From the NCBI GenBank assembly GCA_030770535.1, contig JASVEC010000015.1:248001-312000 (forward strand): a stretch of 64,000 nt of DNA, in the 5' to 3' direction. Made by a program: the position numbers and the translations under genes. Below the pieces are notes generated by a model, which saw nothing but the letters and a program-made list of their open reading frames with translations, did no database searches and was not told the origin of the DNA. Below are positions 11,951-24,943 of this stretch, one piece after another (position 1 is the first letter of the stretch; each line of letters begins with the position of its first letter). The stretch is from Batkoa obscura. Taxonomy: Eukaryota.

Positions 11951-13655
11951 ATGTAGTCGTAATAACTAAATTAATCACTATCTATTAATTTATTTTTTAA
12001 AGTTTATATTATGAAAATACTAAAAAATAAGTACATATTGCTGATTCAATTTAAACATAATATGGGCATTTTAATTTATGTTTTCATTAAATTCAAAAAT
12101 AGAAAAAATTGTGATGATTAATGTCAGAAAACATAAAATTGAAAATGTTCATGTCTTTTAATTGAATAATTAATATTATATATTCTAGCAATATATTAAT
12201 ATTATGTAATAATTACTATTATTAATAAATTACATTAATATTAAATGATACATGTACTTAGTTTCAATTATGATCACAAAAGTGGGTTCTTGTTTCTAAA
12301 ACTAACTGTTTTCTAATATTAAGAGTAATTGAATAAGCTACTAAAGCAATAAAATAGCCTTAAAGCTACAAGTAAATATTGGAAATGCTCTAAAGATAGT
12401 TTGTAGATTTAAATTCGTATCTTATTTATTATGGCACTGAAAAAGTTTAAATAATCTATAATCTTTTTCATGAAATTAAATAATTTTCTTTAAGATTTGC
12501 CTTTTATTCAATTAATTTTTATAAAAATGATTTCCATCTCTAACTATAATAACATATCTCTAACAAAAGCTTATATGCTTATATTATCTGTGATATAATA
12601 AACTTTACATATTAATCCTTTCTTTTAGTCTACTTTTCATATTATATATTTATATTCTTTAAACCATTTAATATAATTGAGTTCAAGCATTGTTGGGTTA
12701 AAATTGACAAATATTAGAAAACAAGCTTTAATTGAGAAAACAAATTTAATTTTGAAAACTGCTTAATGAGCCTTCACGCCAAATAGCTTTTTTTTACATA
12801 CATAACTCCAAATCAGGAAAACGTAAAATTAATTCTTTAACTTTTAAGGTTTTGTCTTCTTTTCCATTGAAATAAACTACTTGGGGCCTTGGTCTTTTGA
12901 TTTCTAAAAAAGAATGGACTTTGGAAAATAATATTCTCATTGTTTCATAAAAAACTACAAATAAACTAAAACTTTAAAATTTAATTAACTCTAAAAATAA
13001 ACGCATTAAGGAAATAAGTCAATTACTGAATTGAATCACAAATTATGCTCTTACATATTATATTGAAATTAAATAGCATAAGCTTTGTCGGCTCAACGTT
13101 ATGTTAAAGATTATCCAGATTATTAGAAGTCTTATGTTGAAATCATGAAAGATCAGATGCTCAATTAGCAACGAACAAGTGTATTATCATATTTGTCATA
13201 ACTAAGGTTTGTATTAAAAATGGATTTTACAATATTTTTTTGATATTTTTTTATTAAAGTTGTTTGAACGTTTATTAATATATATGCATTGTATTCTAGA
13301 TTTTTAATATAATTTACTATTAGTCGGTTTAAGGAATCCTCTCCCAAAGCATATGGGCGTTTCTATTTACTGAGTTAGGGCCTATATTTGACCTCATGGG
13401 ACAATCCTTAGCCTGTAAATATCCTTTAATTTTAACCCAAACTTAACTAATTTTTTTCATTTCAATAGGCATTCTATAAAATATCCATAAAATACATCTC
13501 TAATAAAATCAAAAATAAGTTAATTTGTACAATAATTTATTTAACTCAATATTAGAAGTCTGAAATAATAAAGGTTTATTTAAATACTCGTGAGAATTAA
13601 TTAAAATTGTTTTGTGGAACTTTTGCTCCAAACTAAACTCAGTTTAGAAGAAAAT

Positions 13656-14516
13656 CTATTCGTCATCAAGCTCAGCGGGTGAGATGAATACATCGTAAAG
13701 GAAGATACCAAGAGTGGCTCCTACTATTGGGGCAACAATAGGATTCCAGAAATAATAATTATAAGCAGTGAATGGTTCAGTTCCCCATCCTGCCATAAGA
13801 GTAAAGAAACGAGGACCAAAATCACGAGCAGGATTCATAGCATAGCCAGTCATAAGACCAATAGAAATACCAATGGCACCAATTAAAAGTCCAACTGCTA
13901 AGGCACCCATCCATGATGGAATTTTATGACGTGGGTCATTGATACCACAAATACAGATCATCATAGCAGCAGTATTAACAATTTCAGTAAGAAAACAATT
14001 CCAAATTGGACTGGTTGGGTAAGGGTAAGTAGCAAAAATACCAGCAGTAGCTTGATCACCTAAAGTTTGACGTACACCGCCATCAAACTTATTAAAGGCT
14101 GGCCAATACATAAGAAAGACAAGGGCGGCCCCAAGGATAGCACCAAGGATTTGAGCAGCTACAAAACCTGGTACTTTTCTCCATGGGAATTTTCCATGAA
14201 TAGCGTTACTAATAGTAACTGCTGGATTAATATGAGCACCAGAAATAGGTCCAGAAACGAAAATACCAAGCATAACAGCAAAAGCCCAACCAAAATTGAT
14301 ACTTAAATAACTTGATCCTTTAGCGGCATCATTAAAAGTAACTTGTGCGCATACACCATTTCCAAATAATAAAAGTACAGTTGTACCTAAAAATTCAGCT
14401 AAATATTCACGATAACGATATCTGAAACCAGCATAGCCAGTACGTTTAGCTGCTTTAAAATCATTTGCTCCAGCTACATCAATATCCATACTAAATTCTT
14501 TGTCTGCTCCAGCCAT
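13656..14516 (-). CDS. Aquaglyceroporin (MIP family, GlpF/AQP3-like)
   Basis: SGAHINPAVT and GYAMNPARDFGPR signatures; six hydrophobic helices; AEFLGT and AGIFATYP motifs. Confidence 0.96.
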   Translation of the reverse strand: MAGADKEFSMDIDVAGANDFKAAKRTGYAGFRYRYREYLAEFLGTTVLLLFGNGVCAQVTFNDAAKGSSYLSINFGWAFAVMLGIFVSGPISGAHINPAVTISNAIHGKFPWRKVPGFVAAQILGAILGAALVFLMYWPAFNKFDGGVRQTLGDQATAGIFATYPYPTSPIWNCFLTEIVNTAAMMICICGINDPRHKIPSWMGALAVGLLIGAIGISIGLMTGYAMNPARDFGPRFFTLMAGWGTEPFTAYNYYFWNPIVAPIVGATLGIFLYDVFISPAELDDE

Positions 14517-15635
14517 AATTTAAAAAAAAAAGATAAAATTTGTTAAGATTTAATAATAAATGTGTGATTTTAAAGTATTTATATACATTTTCACATAATC
14601 CTTTTCCTCGGGATTGAAAGTGAGATTTTTAGTCAGCTGTTTTTACGTATTCCCTAATTGTATTTATTTTTAATCATTCTTTGTGCATTGTGTCAATGAT
14701 GAGCATTCCAATCAATTTTCGCATTTCATTTGCATATAAAATATGATTGGATTCATGAATCTGATTCCCATTCAGAGTAGATTTGTCTAAATATAGTATG
14801 TATAAGTAGCCCTTCACCCTGGAAAACAAAGAGTAATTGGACTGGTTTCAGATTTCCTTTGCTGTGGTGCACAACTTTAAGAATTGAATTCAATAAATAA
14901 AACCATATTAACAGATTTAGAAAACACTAGGAATGGAGTTAATGTCACTTCCATAAATAAAAAATAGACAAAAGTATAACCAATTTAACTTTTTCGAACT
15001 CAACATTACATAATAATTGAACTTAGTGTATACATACATCATATTGAAATCATTCTTTATATTGCGTTATTCTCATATTAATGACTTTTTTATTAGCATT
15101 TCAATTCGGCTCTACAACAACAGGGTTCATCCGTCATTCCTTAAAATAAATTTATAATAGTATTTGATTCACAATTGGAGAACCATATAATGTTCTAGTT
15201 TTAAAATAATGATCTTTAATTACTACCTTTAGACATTAATGTGAATATTAAAGATTGGAACGTACAATAAGTCAGAAAAGTGGGTTTAATGGTATTTGTT
15301 ATTCTTAAAGAGTTCAAAAGTTGTTGAAAACAAATAGTAAACTTTCTTAAAACTTATATTATTTATATATATAACTGTATCTTTTTCTCTTGACAGCTTT
15401 GTTCATTTTTACTACTTAAATTTAAAAAAATCATTGATCAAATTTATAAGTAAAAACATTTACATGTGTTATTTTAATATGGAAAAATTGGAACTCAATG
15501 TACAATTATTTTCCGATTTCAATATATTTATATTGTAAATAAATACCGAGTATTATTCCTAGAATTGATTTTTGTTATGTTTAAGAAAAATAAATAAAAA
15601 ACCATACAAATATCGTTCTTGTTTCAGCATTTAAT

Positions 15636-15728
15636 GAGAATGTATTTTTTTGTTTAGGAATTTTACTAACAATCTTCACTCAGATAGTCTTTAGAAAATA
15701 GAAAAATACTGAAACCAAAAACATCCCC
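15636..15728. mobile_element. ~98 bp MITE
   Basis: GAGAATGT...ACATCCCC, TSD TAAT/TAAT. Confidence 0.85.
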
Positions 15729-16928
15729 TAATCGTGTTTATTTAAAATTTTATGCTAGATAAAAAGTGAACAAAATATCCAAAACGGCATTCGCATACTG
15801 ATTTCGCGTTTTTTATACATAAACTACTATAAAAGTCTTTTCTTTAAACAAGTTTTTAAATTTATTCAATATAGGAACATTTACAAATAGATCATAAATC
15901 TTATATGAATTTAAATAAAAAACATTTGGCTAATATTAAATAAAATTTGTATGACCAATTTAATCAAAATTGAATTACTTGATATACTTAACAAAGTTTT
16001 AAAATACTTGAAATTAGAGTTAACATATCAAATATGTATAATTTTTATAAGTTATACGAGGATAACGATTAAAAACAAGTCTTCGAATAATGGGTATTTA
16101 AATCAGATCTCTACCAAATTGAAAATTCCCCTAGTCAAAAGAAAGATCTGCAACAACAATTCTATTTTAATCTCCTTACTTGTCTTAACAGATTTTGACC
16201 ATATTGTAATGAAAGTTAACCTCTTTTTAGCTTCATCTTTTTTAATTAATGTTTATTATGATGAAATTATTGTATTTTTGAAATAGCAAGTTAAAGTTTG
16301 TAGCATGAATATGTTAGGATTTATAGCTGTTTTTGAAATTGAAATAGATGTTATTGTAAATTTTTGTTTATAATTATAATTAATATATATTAAGATTAAT
16401 TTCTTTAAATATATTTATTAATAATAAAATCAAAGTTATCTACATAAACATAATAATTTTAATTAATAAACTAGAGCATATTAGTATTAAATATAAAACA
16501 ATAATATAAAACAATAATATAAATACCTTTTTTTATACATTAGATAGCTTAACCTACACTTTTTTTAATACAAACTATTTTAATAATAAGTTCAACTCTA
16601 AATGATAATAATTTTGACGTTTAGATCTAATTTTATTATTATTTTTTATATATAATCTATTTTACAATCTAGTGTGATTATTCATACTTACTTTTGAATC
16701 CATTAGACTTTTGCTATTGAAATAACAATTAGTTCTCGAACATTTTATATAATTTTTTGCACATCTATACTTAATAGATAATAATATAAAATTTTACATG
16801 GGAATAAGTATAAATAAACAATTGATAAATAAGTAATTATAAAATCCAATTAAAATAATAAATTAATAATAATAATAATCAAAAATTATCATGTTTCAAC
16901 ATAAATAACATTCTATATTAAGTTTCAG

Positions 16929-17546
16929 TTATTCCAATATGTTTTCCTTTTTATCACTAAATAGTTGATATTCTGGATTTTGTAAATAACTTTTCTTATA
17001 ATAACAAAATTGACAAGTATATTCCAATTTTATATGTTTCTTTTTTTCCCCTTCTTTGTCATTAGGTTCTATTATTAATCAAAATAAACAAATCATTATT
17101 TTAAATAAAAAGAAAAGAACTATGAAACTAGATGATAAATTGAATTACCTATTGCTTTAATACTACATGTTTTACCAAGAATTAAATTACTGTTACATCG
17201 TTTACAAATGTTTCGTTTAATGGCTGGATCCCTAAAATTCAAATGTCAAAATTTAGACCATTCTTTTATTTATTAATTATATATTAATCGAAGCTTACAT
17301 TTTAATAACCAGCTTTTTAGATATTGATTTTAAATTACTTAAATACGCTCTAGATAGACCAGTTAATTTTCTTCCTTCTAATCCAGTTGATTTATCTTCT
17401 GATCCCTTTGAATCCTCTTTTTGGGGATATTTAATATCAATATTACTCATTAAATTACTAGCTTGATATAAAAAGTTCATTCTTAATAAAATCTCTTTAT
17501 TTTCAATTGCTTTTTTTCCTTTTTTCAACTTCTCTTTCTTGCCCAT
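16929..17546 (-). CDS. RPR2: RNase P subunit Rpr2/Rpp21; exons 17546-17299, 17231-17149, 17068-16929
   Basis: RMNFLYQAS; spliced MDPAIKRNICKRC..LILG; C-terminal YTCQFC zinc ribbon; GT-AG introns keep the frame. Confidence 0.9.
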
Positions 17547-17725
17547 TTATTCAAACTTAATTTTTATTCTATACAAATATTCAAAAAGTATACAGAATTA
17601 TTTACATTAAATACTTATTAATTTTCAAACTCATAAATACCTCGATTGGATTGGTTAAAATTGATGATGAATTCAACTTAAACGGGATTTTTTTTGACTA
17701 TTTTTTAAAATTATTAATATTAATA

Positions 17726-18291
17726 ATGGGTGAAGAAACGTTATCTCAATTATTGAAAGAACATCAACTTCGTCAATCTAAGCTTAAATTAACTAACGGT
17801 AATTCTTATCAATTCCCTTCACTTTCCCTTGACCTCTCTTTATTAGCTCAACTTCGTAAAGACGCTAAATTAGCTATTAAAGAAAGTAGTGAGCATTTAT
17901 CCGAGAAATTAAATGAAAGGTAATAACAATGAAGCTAAATGAGTTTTTTATAAAATGTTAAGTGTTAATTAATTATTATTTTTAGAGTATCTGATATATT
18001 AAAAAAACAAAAAAATTTAGATTATAAAGAAATAACTCAAGTTTTACAACAAGCTAATTTATTACAAAAACAAGCTTCCCAATGGTCAACGATGATTAAT
18101 CAATTTAATGACGCTTTAAAGGTAATTGAATTATTTTCTATATTTATAAGAACAAGCTTTAGATTTGGAATGTTTTTATTTAATAATAATAATAGGAATT
18201 AGGAGATGTACAACATTGGTCTAAAGTTATTGAAAGAGAAATGGAACAAGTGGCTGGTGTATTGGAAAAGATTGAAGAAGAAAGGTTGTAA
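17726..18291 (+). CDS. BLOC1S1: BLOC-1/BORC subunit 1 (BLOS1/GCN5L1); exons 17726-17798, 17847-17919, 17986-18121, 18196-18291
   Basis: LSQLLKEHQ N-terminus; spliced QW..MINQFNDALKELGDVQHWSKVIEREM matches the GCN5L1 signature. Confidence 0.88.
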
Positions 18292-18960
18292 AAAGAGAGG
18301 GTTGTATCTGAAGATAATTGAAGTTTATTTATGTATATATATATATATCATATAAAAATAAAAATAAATTGATATTGATTTGATTTAAAAATTAAGGGAG
18401 TAGATGTACAATATTGATGAAATGAAGTTAAGATAAGTTAAGACTGATTTTTTATTTAACCAAAATGAGCCTTAATTCTGTATTTTTTATAAGTATTAAT
18501 ATATATATTTAGTTTAAAAATAATATTCAATTACTAATATTAATTTTATAAAGTAAGTATTATTTATGATATTAATCTAATCTATTCTTTATTATTATCA
18601 GGATACAAATAACTCAAATAAAGAGTATTTGAGTTAATTATACAATTTCAACCTTGTCTATATTCCTTCTTAGTTTTTAAATATAATTTTAACAATCAAA
18701 AAGTGAAGTTAATTAAAAAAAACAATAAAAAAATTAACTTTAAGTTCATAATAATATAAGAAGCATAGAATGTAATATATTATTAACTCTAAAATATACT
18801 ATTTTATTAAAATAAAATAATTCAGCTAACAACTATAACATAAAATACCAGATTCAGTATCCTTTCTAAATGCATTCAATTCCAAACAAATTACATCTTT
18901 TAATAATTGAAAACAATACAACCCTGATAAACTCTTTTTAATAAACTTCTTCAGCTATTT

Positions 18961-20574
18961 TTAAAACTCTGGATAAACTATTTCCTCTTGATATAATAAC
19001 ATGGGTTTCAATATACAAGGTGAAACTTTTAATGCTAACTTAAACAATTCTATCATTCTTTTTTTATATAGTTTCATAAATAATTCATTTCCTTTTAATT
19101 GAATATGAAATTTAGTTAATGTATAACATTGAAATTTAAAATAAGTTGGCCAATTATTCATCAAATAATCTAATTGAATAGTAATTGGGAAGAAAGCAAG
19201 ATAAGGTAAAGAAGGAGTAAAGATAGAATGACAATCAATATTGCCTAATTGATTGAAAGAAAGTAAGAATTGAAAATTAACTAAAGATTTCATAAATTTC
19301 AATGCTTTCAATATTTTAATTGATAAATACAAAGTTAAATTTATATTTAATTCTTTTAATTGATATAAGAATTCACATTTATCTAATTCTAAATTATAAG
19401 GTCCGCAATTTTCATGATGACATTGAAGTTCTAGTTGTTGAATTTTAGCTTTACTTTTAAAAATACTTGCAATTCCTGATGTAGTTATAGAAGTGTTGAT
19501 TACTTTTAACACTTTTAAATTAAAATTATGTCGTAACAATAGTTTAATAGTTCGATCATCACAACATATATTACAAAATTCTACATGAACTAAATTCCTA
19601 CATTTTCTTAATAGAATTAATAAGTCCTCTTTATTGGTATTAATGTTAATTTTCAATCCTGTTAATAATTTGGGATTAATCAAATGATTTAGTTTCGAGA
19701 TATATCCGTTTCCTTCTAAAGATAAAGTAGTTAACTTTTTCAATTTTAATAACAAATTTTCTAAAGATATATTTAAATATATATTAAAATTCATTGTTAG
19801 TCCAATAAAATTATTTAAGTCTAAACTTAATAAGTTTAAATAACTTTCATTATCTAATGAACAATTTAAAAACTTTAACGATGTTGGTAAATTCTTAAAT
19901 GCTGTATTATAAGGGAAATTAGGCGGTAATGTTAAAAATATTAAATTCCTCATAAAACAAATTATTTCACTTAATTCTTTCCATTTTGAAAACTCTAAAT
20001 TTAAATTAAAAATAGCTAAATGTTTTAATTTATATCTTAAATGTTGATGACTTAAAACCTCAACTAACTCTTGATCCTTCCAAACTATAGGCATAGAACA
20101 ATTCAATGCTAATGCTTCTAAATTATGACATAATCCCACTGCTTTAGACAATAACCTTGGTTCAATATTAATACAATCAATATTTCTTATATTAGATTGA
20201 TAATGCGTAATATTTTTAATAAATGAATTCTCTTTGATAATCTTTAAATACCATTGATAGCTTGGTTTTTTCCATAAATAAGGATTGATTTGATGACGCC
20301 AATTTTTACTTACTTGACTTGCTTGTACCATTGTATTAAAGGGAAGATATTGTATTAATCGATCCCATACTGGATCAGGTAGATTATTGAATGGGCTTGA
20401 AGCTTGAAAAGAAGAAGAAGAAGAAGAAGTATTAGTAATTAGCTCATATTTACTCTTTTTAATCATTATCATATCTGGATTGTTATTTTCCGCTACATTT
20501 TCCTTTAATTTGTTATTAATATCTAATCGTCGTTTATTGCTTAGTGGTCCTTCTTTAATATTAGATGGATTCAT
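18961..20574 (-). CDS. F-box/LRR (RNI-like) protein
   Basis: F-box FNNLPDPVWDRLIQYL....ASQVSKNWR followed by LxxLxL repeats. Confidence 0.85.
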   Translation of the reverse strand: MNPSNIKEGPLSNKRRLDINNKLKENVAENNNPDMIMIKKSKYELITNTSSSSSSFQASSPFNNLPDPVWDRLIQYLPFNTMVQASQVSKNWRHQINPYLWKKPSYQWYLKIIKENSFIKNITHYQSNIRNIDCINIEPRLLSKAVGLCHNLEALALNCSMPIVWKDQELVEVLSHQHLRYKLKHLAIFNLNLEFSKWKELSEIICFMRNLIFLTLPPNFPYNTAFKNLPTSLKFLNCSLDNESYLNLLSLDLNNFIGLTMNFNIYLNISLENLLLKLKKLTTLSLEGNGYISKLNHLINPKLLTGLKININTNKEDLLILLRKCRNLVHVEFCNICCDDRTIKLLLRHNFNLKVLKVINTSITTSGIASIFKSKAKIQQLELQCHHENCGPYNLELDKCEFLYQLKELNINLTLYLSIKILKALKFMKSLVNFQFLLSFNQLGNIDCHSIFTPSLPYLAFFPITIQLDYLMNNWPTYFKFQCYTLTKFHIQLKGNELFMKLYKKRMIELFKLALKVSPCILKPMLLYQEEIVYPEF

Positions 20575-21853
20575 TGTTAAAAAATAAATACAAAAAGAAA
20601 AGCTTTTAGTTTAGTACAATTTATCTAGTTGAGGGGCTTACTTTATTGGTTTAGAAATTCAAAATTAAGCTTAAACTTGATTTCAGTTACACTTTGAAAT
20701 GAGTTCTTTAATGGGAATTCAAGTCATTTATAGACTTATTTAGTAAGTAGAGTAGTTTTAATATCAAACTGATTTTTGATTAAGGGGTTCAATTTATAGT
20801 CACTTTTTTAAATATTAGTTATCGTATTGTATTAGTTTCATTTCAAATAATTCGTTTTTATGTAGATTCATTGTTATAATTTATGTTGACTTTATTCTAT
20901 CAAATAAAGCTATTATCCTTATCACACAGTTCCCATATTCTTTAATCTTCTAATTAATTGTTCTAAAATTCGATTTTGAAATCCCAAACAAATATTACAA
21001 CTACTGTAACTGTATTGTGATTTAAGTTGTGCTAATTTTTAGTGCTAATTATTTATTTAGTTTTTTTAAACCTAAATCTTAAGATTCTACCTTGATTTTA
21101 TTTTTAAATCAATAGTTATACAAGCCACAATAGAGTTTTAGTAGTTATAAGAGAAATTGAATTTTCTAGAATATCAATTTTTGTGTTAAATCCGTTTTCA
21201 TGCTAAACAATTTCATATCCATAGTTAATAAAACATTGTTGGATGCAACAGGTAACGTTATTACTATCTAAAAACAATAGTAAGTTTGGTATTAATTTCT
21301 AAAACTGATGCAGTAATTATTGCAACCTTTTTGTTACTTTTTTACTTGAATAAAGATTTTTGAAAACACTAATAATGAGCTAATATTATAAGAGAGTTAA
21401 AAAAATAGTAAATTTTGATATAGCAATCAAAGAGAATAAATACAAATATCGCCACTTGACTATAGCAACAATAGTTGTGTATTTCAAGTAAATTAAATCT
21501 AATATATATATCTTCTAATCAATTATTATCAATTTCTCTATATTATTCATCCAATAATAATAATTTTAAAAAAGTAAATTTCAACTATTATTTTTTTGAT
21601 ATCTACTTTTTTATAGAAAGGGAATAAACAAACTCATCACTTACATATCATATCAGGATATTCCATTGACGGATAAATCTCTTAATATTAATAGATACTT
21701 TATACATCTTAACTATTATTATTGTTCGTTCTAACTAATATATAATTCTACTACTTATAATTTTTTTTTAAAAAAGTATTAAAATAAATAATATTTAAAA
21801 GTTGATAATTCCATATGTTAAAAATTCAAATATTTTATTTATTGATTGCTTAT

Positions 21854-22915
21854 TTAATAATAAGTTGGATACCCATGACTAGGTTTACTATAGGTTGGTG
21901 TTGGCTTAGTATATGTAGGGGTAGTCTTACTACTACTAGAAGATGATGGTACAGGTTTAGTATCATATGTAGGATAAGTAGGCGTAGTAGAAGTAGAAGG
22001 CTTAGTAGTAGCTGGAGTGGAGGAAGTAGAAGTAGTAGAGTTTACACTTGAAGTAGTGGTGGAAGGCTTGGTAGTGATTGGAGTAGTAGTACCATAAGTT
22101 GAAGTAGTTGATTGAGTAGAACTTACTGATGAGCTGGTATTCGATGTATTGCAAGTACTTTCAGTCTTAGTAATTACTTGTGTTTGAGTATTGGTAATAG
22201 TTTGATATTCATTTTTAGTACTAGTAATAGTCACTGTACTAGTTGGGTAGACAGTATTTGTATTTTGTACAGTAGAAGTGATGGTTTTAGTTAATAAAAT
22301 AGTAGTGGGTACATTAAGAGTAGAAGTTTGAGTAATTGTGGTGGGTACTTGGATAGTGGAAACATAAGTAATAGTGGTTGGAATAACGGAAGTTTGAACA
22401 ATAGTTGAAGTAGCAGTATTGGTAATGGTAGAGTAATGGATGGAAGTTAAGGTACTGGTTTGTGTAGCATAAGAAGTAGTTGGTACATAAGATGTAATGA
22501 CATTGGTCTTAGTAATGGTATTTGGATAACAAGAAGTTGGCTTATTTGATACAGTGGTTGTTTTTGTTAATGTTTCATAACAAGTGGTGGTGGTAGGAAC
22601 AAAAGAAGTTTTATATTTTGTAATATAAATAGAGGTACGAACAGTAGAAGTCACTGGTTTATTACTAATTGTAGTAGTTTGAATTACTGTAGTTGGTTTA
22701 TAAACTGTGCTGATAATCGGTTGCTTAGTCACGGTAGTGGTACATGTTTCAGTTTCAGTCTTTGTCAATGTAGCAGTAACCGTTTTTATAGGACGACCAT
22801 AAGGAGGGTTGGGGTAATCATAATAGTTTTGATTATTAAGAAGATCAAGGTTAAGGTCAAGTGCTTGAATGGTAGCTACAGATAAAATTACTTGAACCAA
22901 TGATAAGAGTTGCAT
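21854..22915 (-). CDS. Secreted Thr/Ser-rich mucin-like (cell wall/adhesin-like) protein
   Basis: Signal peptide MQLLSLVQVILSVATIQA; very Thr-rich body; PTY repeats at the C-terminus; no hydrophobic GPI tail. Confidence 0.85.
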   Translation of the reverse strand: MQLLSLVQVILSVATIQALDLNLDLLNNQNYYDYPNPPYGRPIKTVTATLTKTETETCTTTVTKQPIISTVYKPTTVIQTTTISNKPVTSTVRTSIYITKYKTSFVPTTTTCYETLTKTTTVSNKPTSCYPNTITKTNVITSYVPTTSYATQTSTLTSIHYSTITNTATSTIVQTSVIPTTITYVSTIQVPTTITQTSTLNVPTTILLTKTITSTVQNTNTVYPTSTVTITSTKNEYQTITNTQTQVITKTESTCNTSNTSSSVSSTQSTTSTYGTTTPITTKPSTTTSSVNSTTSTSSTPATTKPSTSTTPTYPTYDTKPVPSSSSSSKTTPTYTKPTPTYSKPSHGYPTYY

Positions 22916-24943
22916 TTTTTTGGATTTGATTATACAATATATCTTTCTTTTTGTTTTTATTTTGTGATAAAATTGTAGTATGTTGATGCTATTTTTATAC
23001 TAGTTTGTAAACTCGGTATATGTAGCATTATCTTTCTTTTATTTTCAACTAAGAATTACCCCAGAATCTGTGGTATATTAAATATTCTAAAAATACATTT
23101 GTTTTTATTATATTTTGTATAGTAAAATATCAAACCAAACCAAATAAATTAAATTAAATTCTAAAAATAAAATAGAGTATTTAATATAGTAAGTATACCT
23201 ATTAAAATAATGCATAATAACGCCACCTTTTGAGATATTATTTTAATTTAGTTAATTTTAAAACTATAATCACATTCCTAGTTACCAAGAGTAGTAAAGG
23301 AGGCTATTCAATAATAAAAACTCGAATGTTAAACTTTTATTTTTCTTATCAAGAATAATAACAATAAAAATCTTGATTTTAATATATTATTATTACTTAA
23401 TATTATGGAGATAAATATACTTTTCCTTCAACAATGGATATCCTAGAGATATTATCTAATTTAATATCAATATTTAATGTCATAGAATAGAATCCATTCA
23501 AATTAGACCTATTGATAACATATCAACATTTAATATATAGAAGTTCTGTCGAATTAAAATAGCGATAAATTGCTAGTTTTACTATTTTTAATAAGTTGAA
23601 ATTTAAGGGATGAAAGGGATCCTTATTTTATTTTAGTTGAATCATTGAAATTTTTGGAATAACAGTTGAGTTTAGAAAATAATAATCAATTGTAAATAAA
23701 AAGAGATAATAATTCCTTTAAAAATAGAACCTGGATTTTAAAGTGAAAGATTGCTAAGATGATAGTAATGATATATAGAATAAAGTGATGATATCTTTAA
23801 AATACGGTTCTAAATAGGGTATTTAGTTATTTTAATAGAATGAATAATATTGAGTTATTGGTTAAAAAGTATATTTGATAGAAATAATAATTTTTTTAAT
23901 AAATGAAATCTTCTTAAAATAAACTAGTATTTTTTAATAAAAAAAAGTATTTTAGTATCTACATTTCTGTTGCAATAGAATAAACTAAGGATCATAATAT
24001 ATAGATTGATTATAAAATTATTTGAATAATCATAATTAATTTAATCTATTTTTTTATAAGTTGAATTCCAAAGGTATTCTTTTTTATTATTTCATGTTGG
24101 TACAACTTTAATAATTGAAATAAACACTATTAGTTTTTTTGTGCTTATTATTAATCAAATCCTTTATTAGAAGTGTATAGAAATATTCTGTATAGTATAT
24201 TAGTATTTTTAATAAATTTAATAAGATATTTGTTTATATAAATTTTTAGTTAAAATTTTATAAAAAATAAAACAGAACAAAATAAGCTTTTTATATAGAT
24301 AATTGATCTAAACAAAAGCAAATAAAAGCTATAAAAGATATTATAATAATGAAATTTTGTCATATAACTATCAAAATTATTATTGAATTATTAAATTAAT
24401 TATTATAACATTGTAAATATTATATAAAAATTAGTGGTTTGCTTTGAATATGATATTACTTTTAAATTCCTTGATGTTAGGAGTTATTAATAGAACTATT
24501 ACCAATATAATAACTCTACATTACTCCTTGATAAAACAATTCTTACCATCAAAGATATCATAAGTAGCATAAATATGCTAAAGAAGTAACATCAACTAAA
24601 TAACTTTTGTTACTATTAAAATTTAAAGTTTCAACTCCACTTTTATAATTATTACACTGTTTTTACCACCATATGGCTATAAAATAGCTTTTAAAATTAA
24701 ACTCTTTATAAAGAAATAGAGGGCGACTAAAGAATGATAATTGGATTAGCTTTGATTATCATTCACTTAATAATAATCACAAATCCTTCAATTCAACTTG
24801 CTCTCTTTATAAAAAATCTGATTTAATTTTAGGTGATGCAATATGAAAAAATCGAGCCAATAACACTTCAGTAAATAAATTCGGAGTTTCAAAAGAAGAT
24901 TAAAGAACCAATCTAGACCCAAAGTCGACTTTTTTTAATCAAA

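Noticed and set aside
17651..17725. N-terminal extension of the BLOS1 ORF in the ORF track
   Set aside because: Begins at TTG inside the shared promoter; family similarity starts at the ATG at 17726
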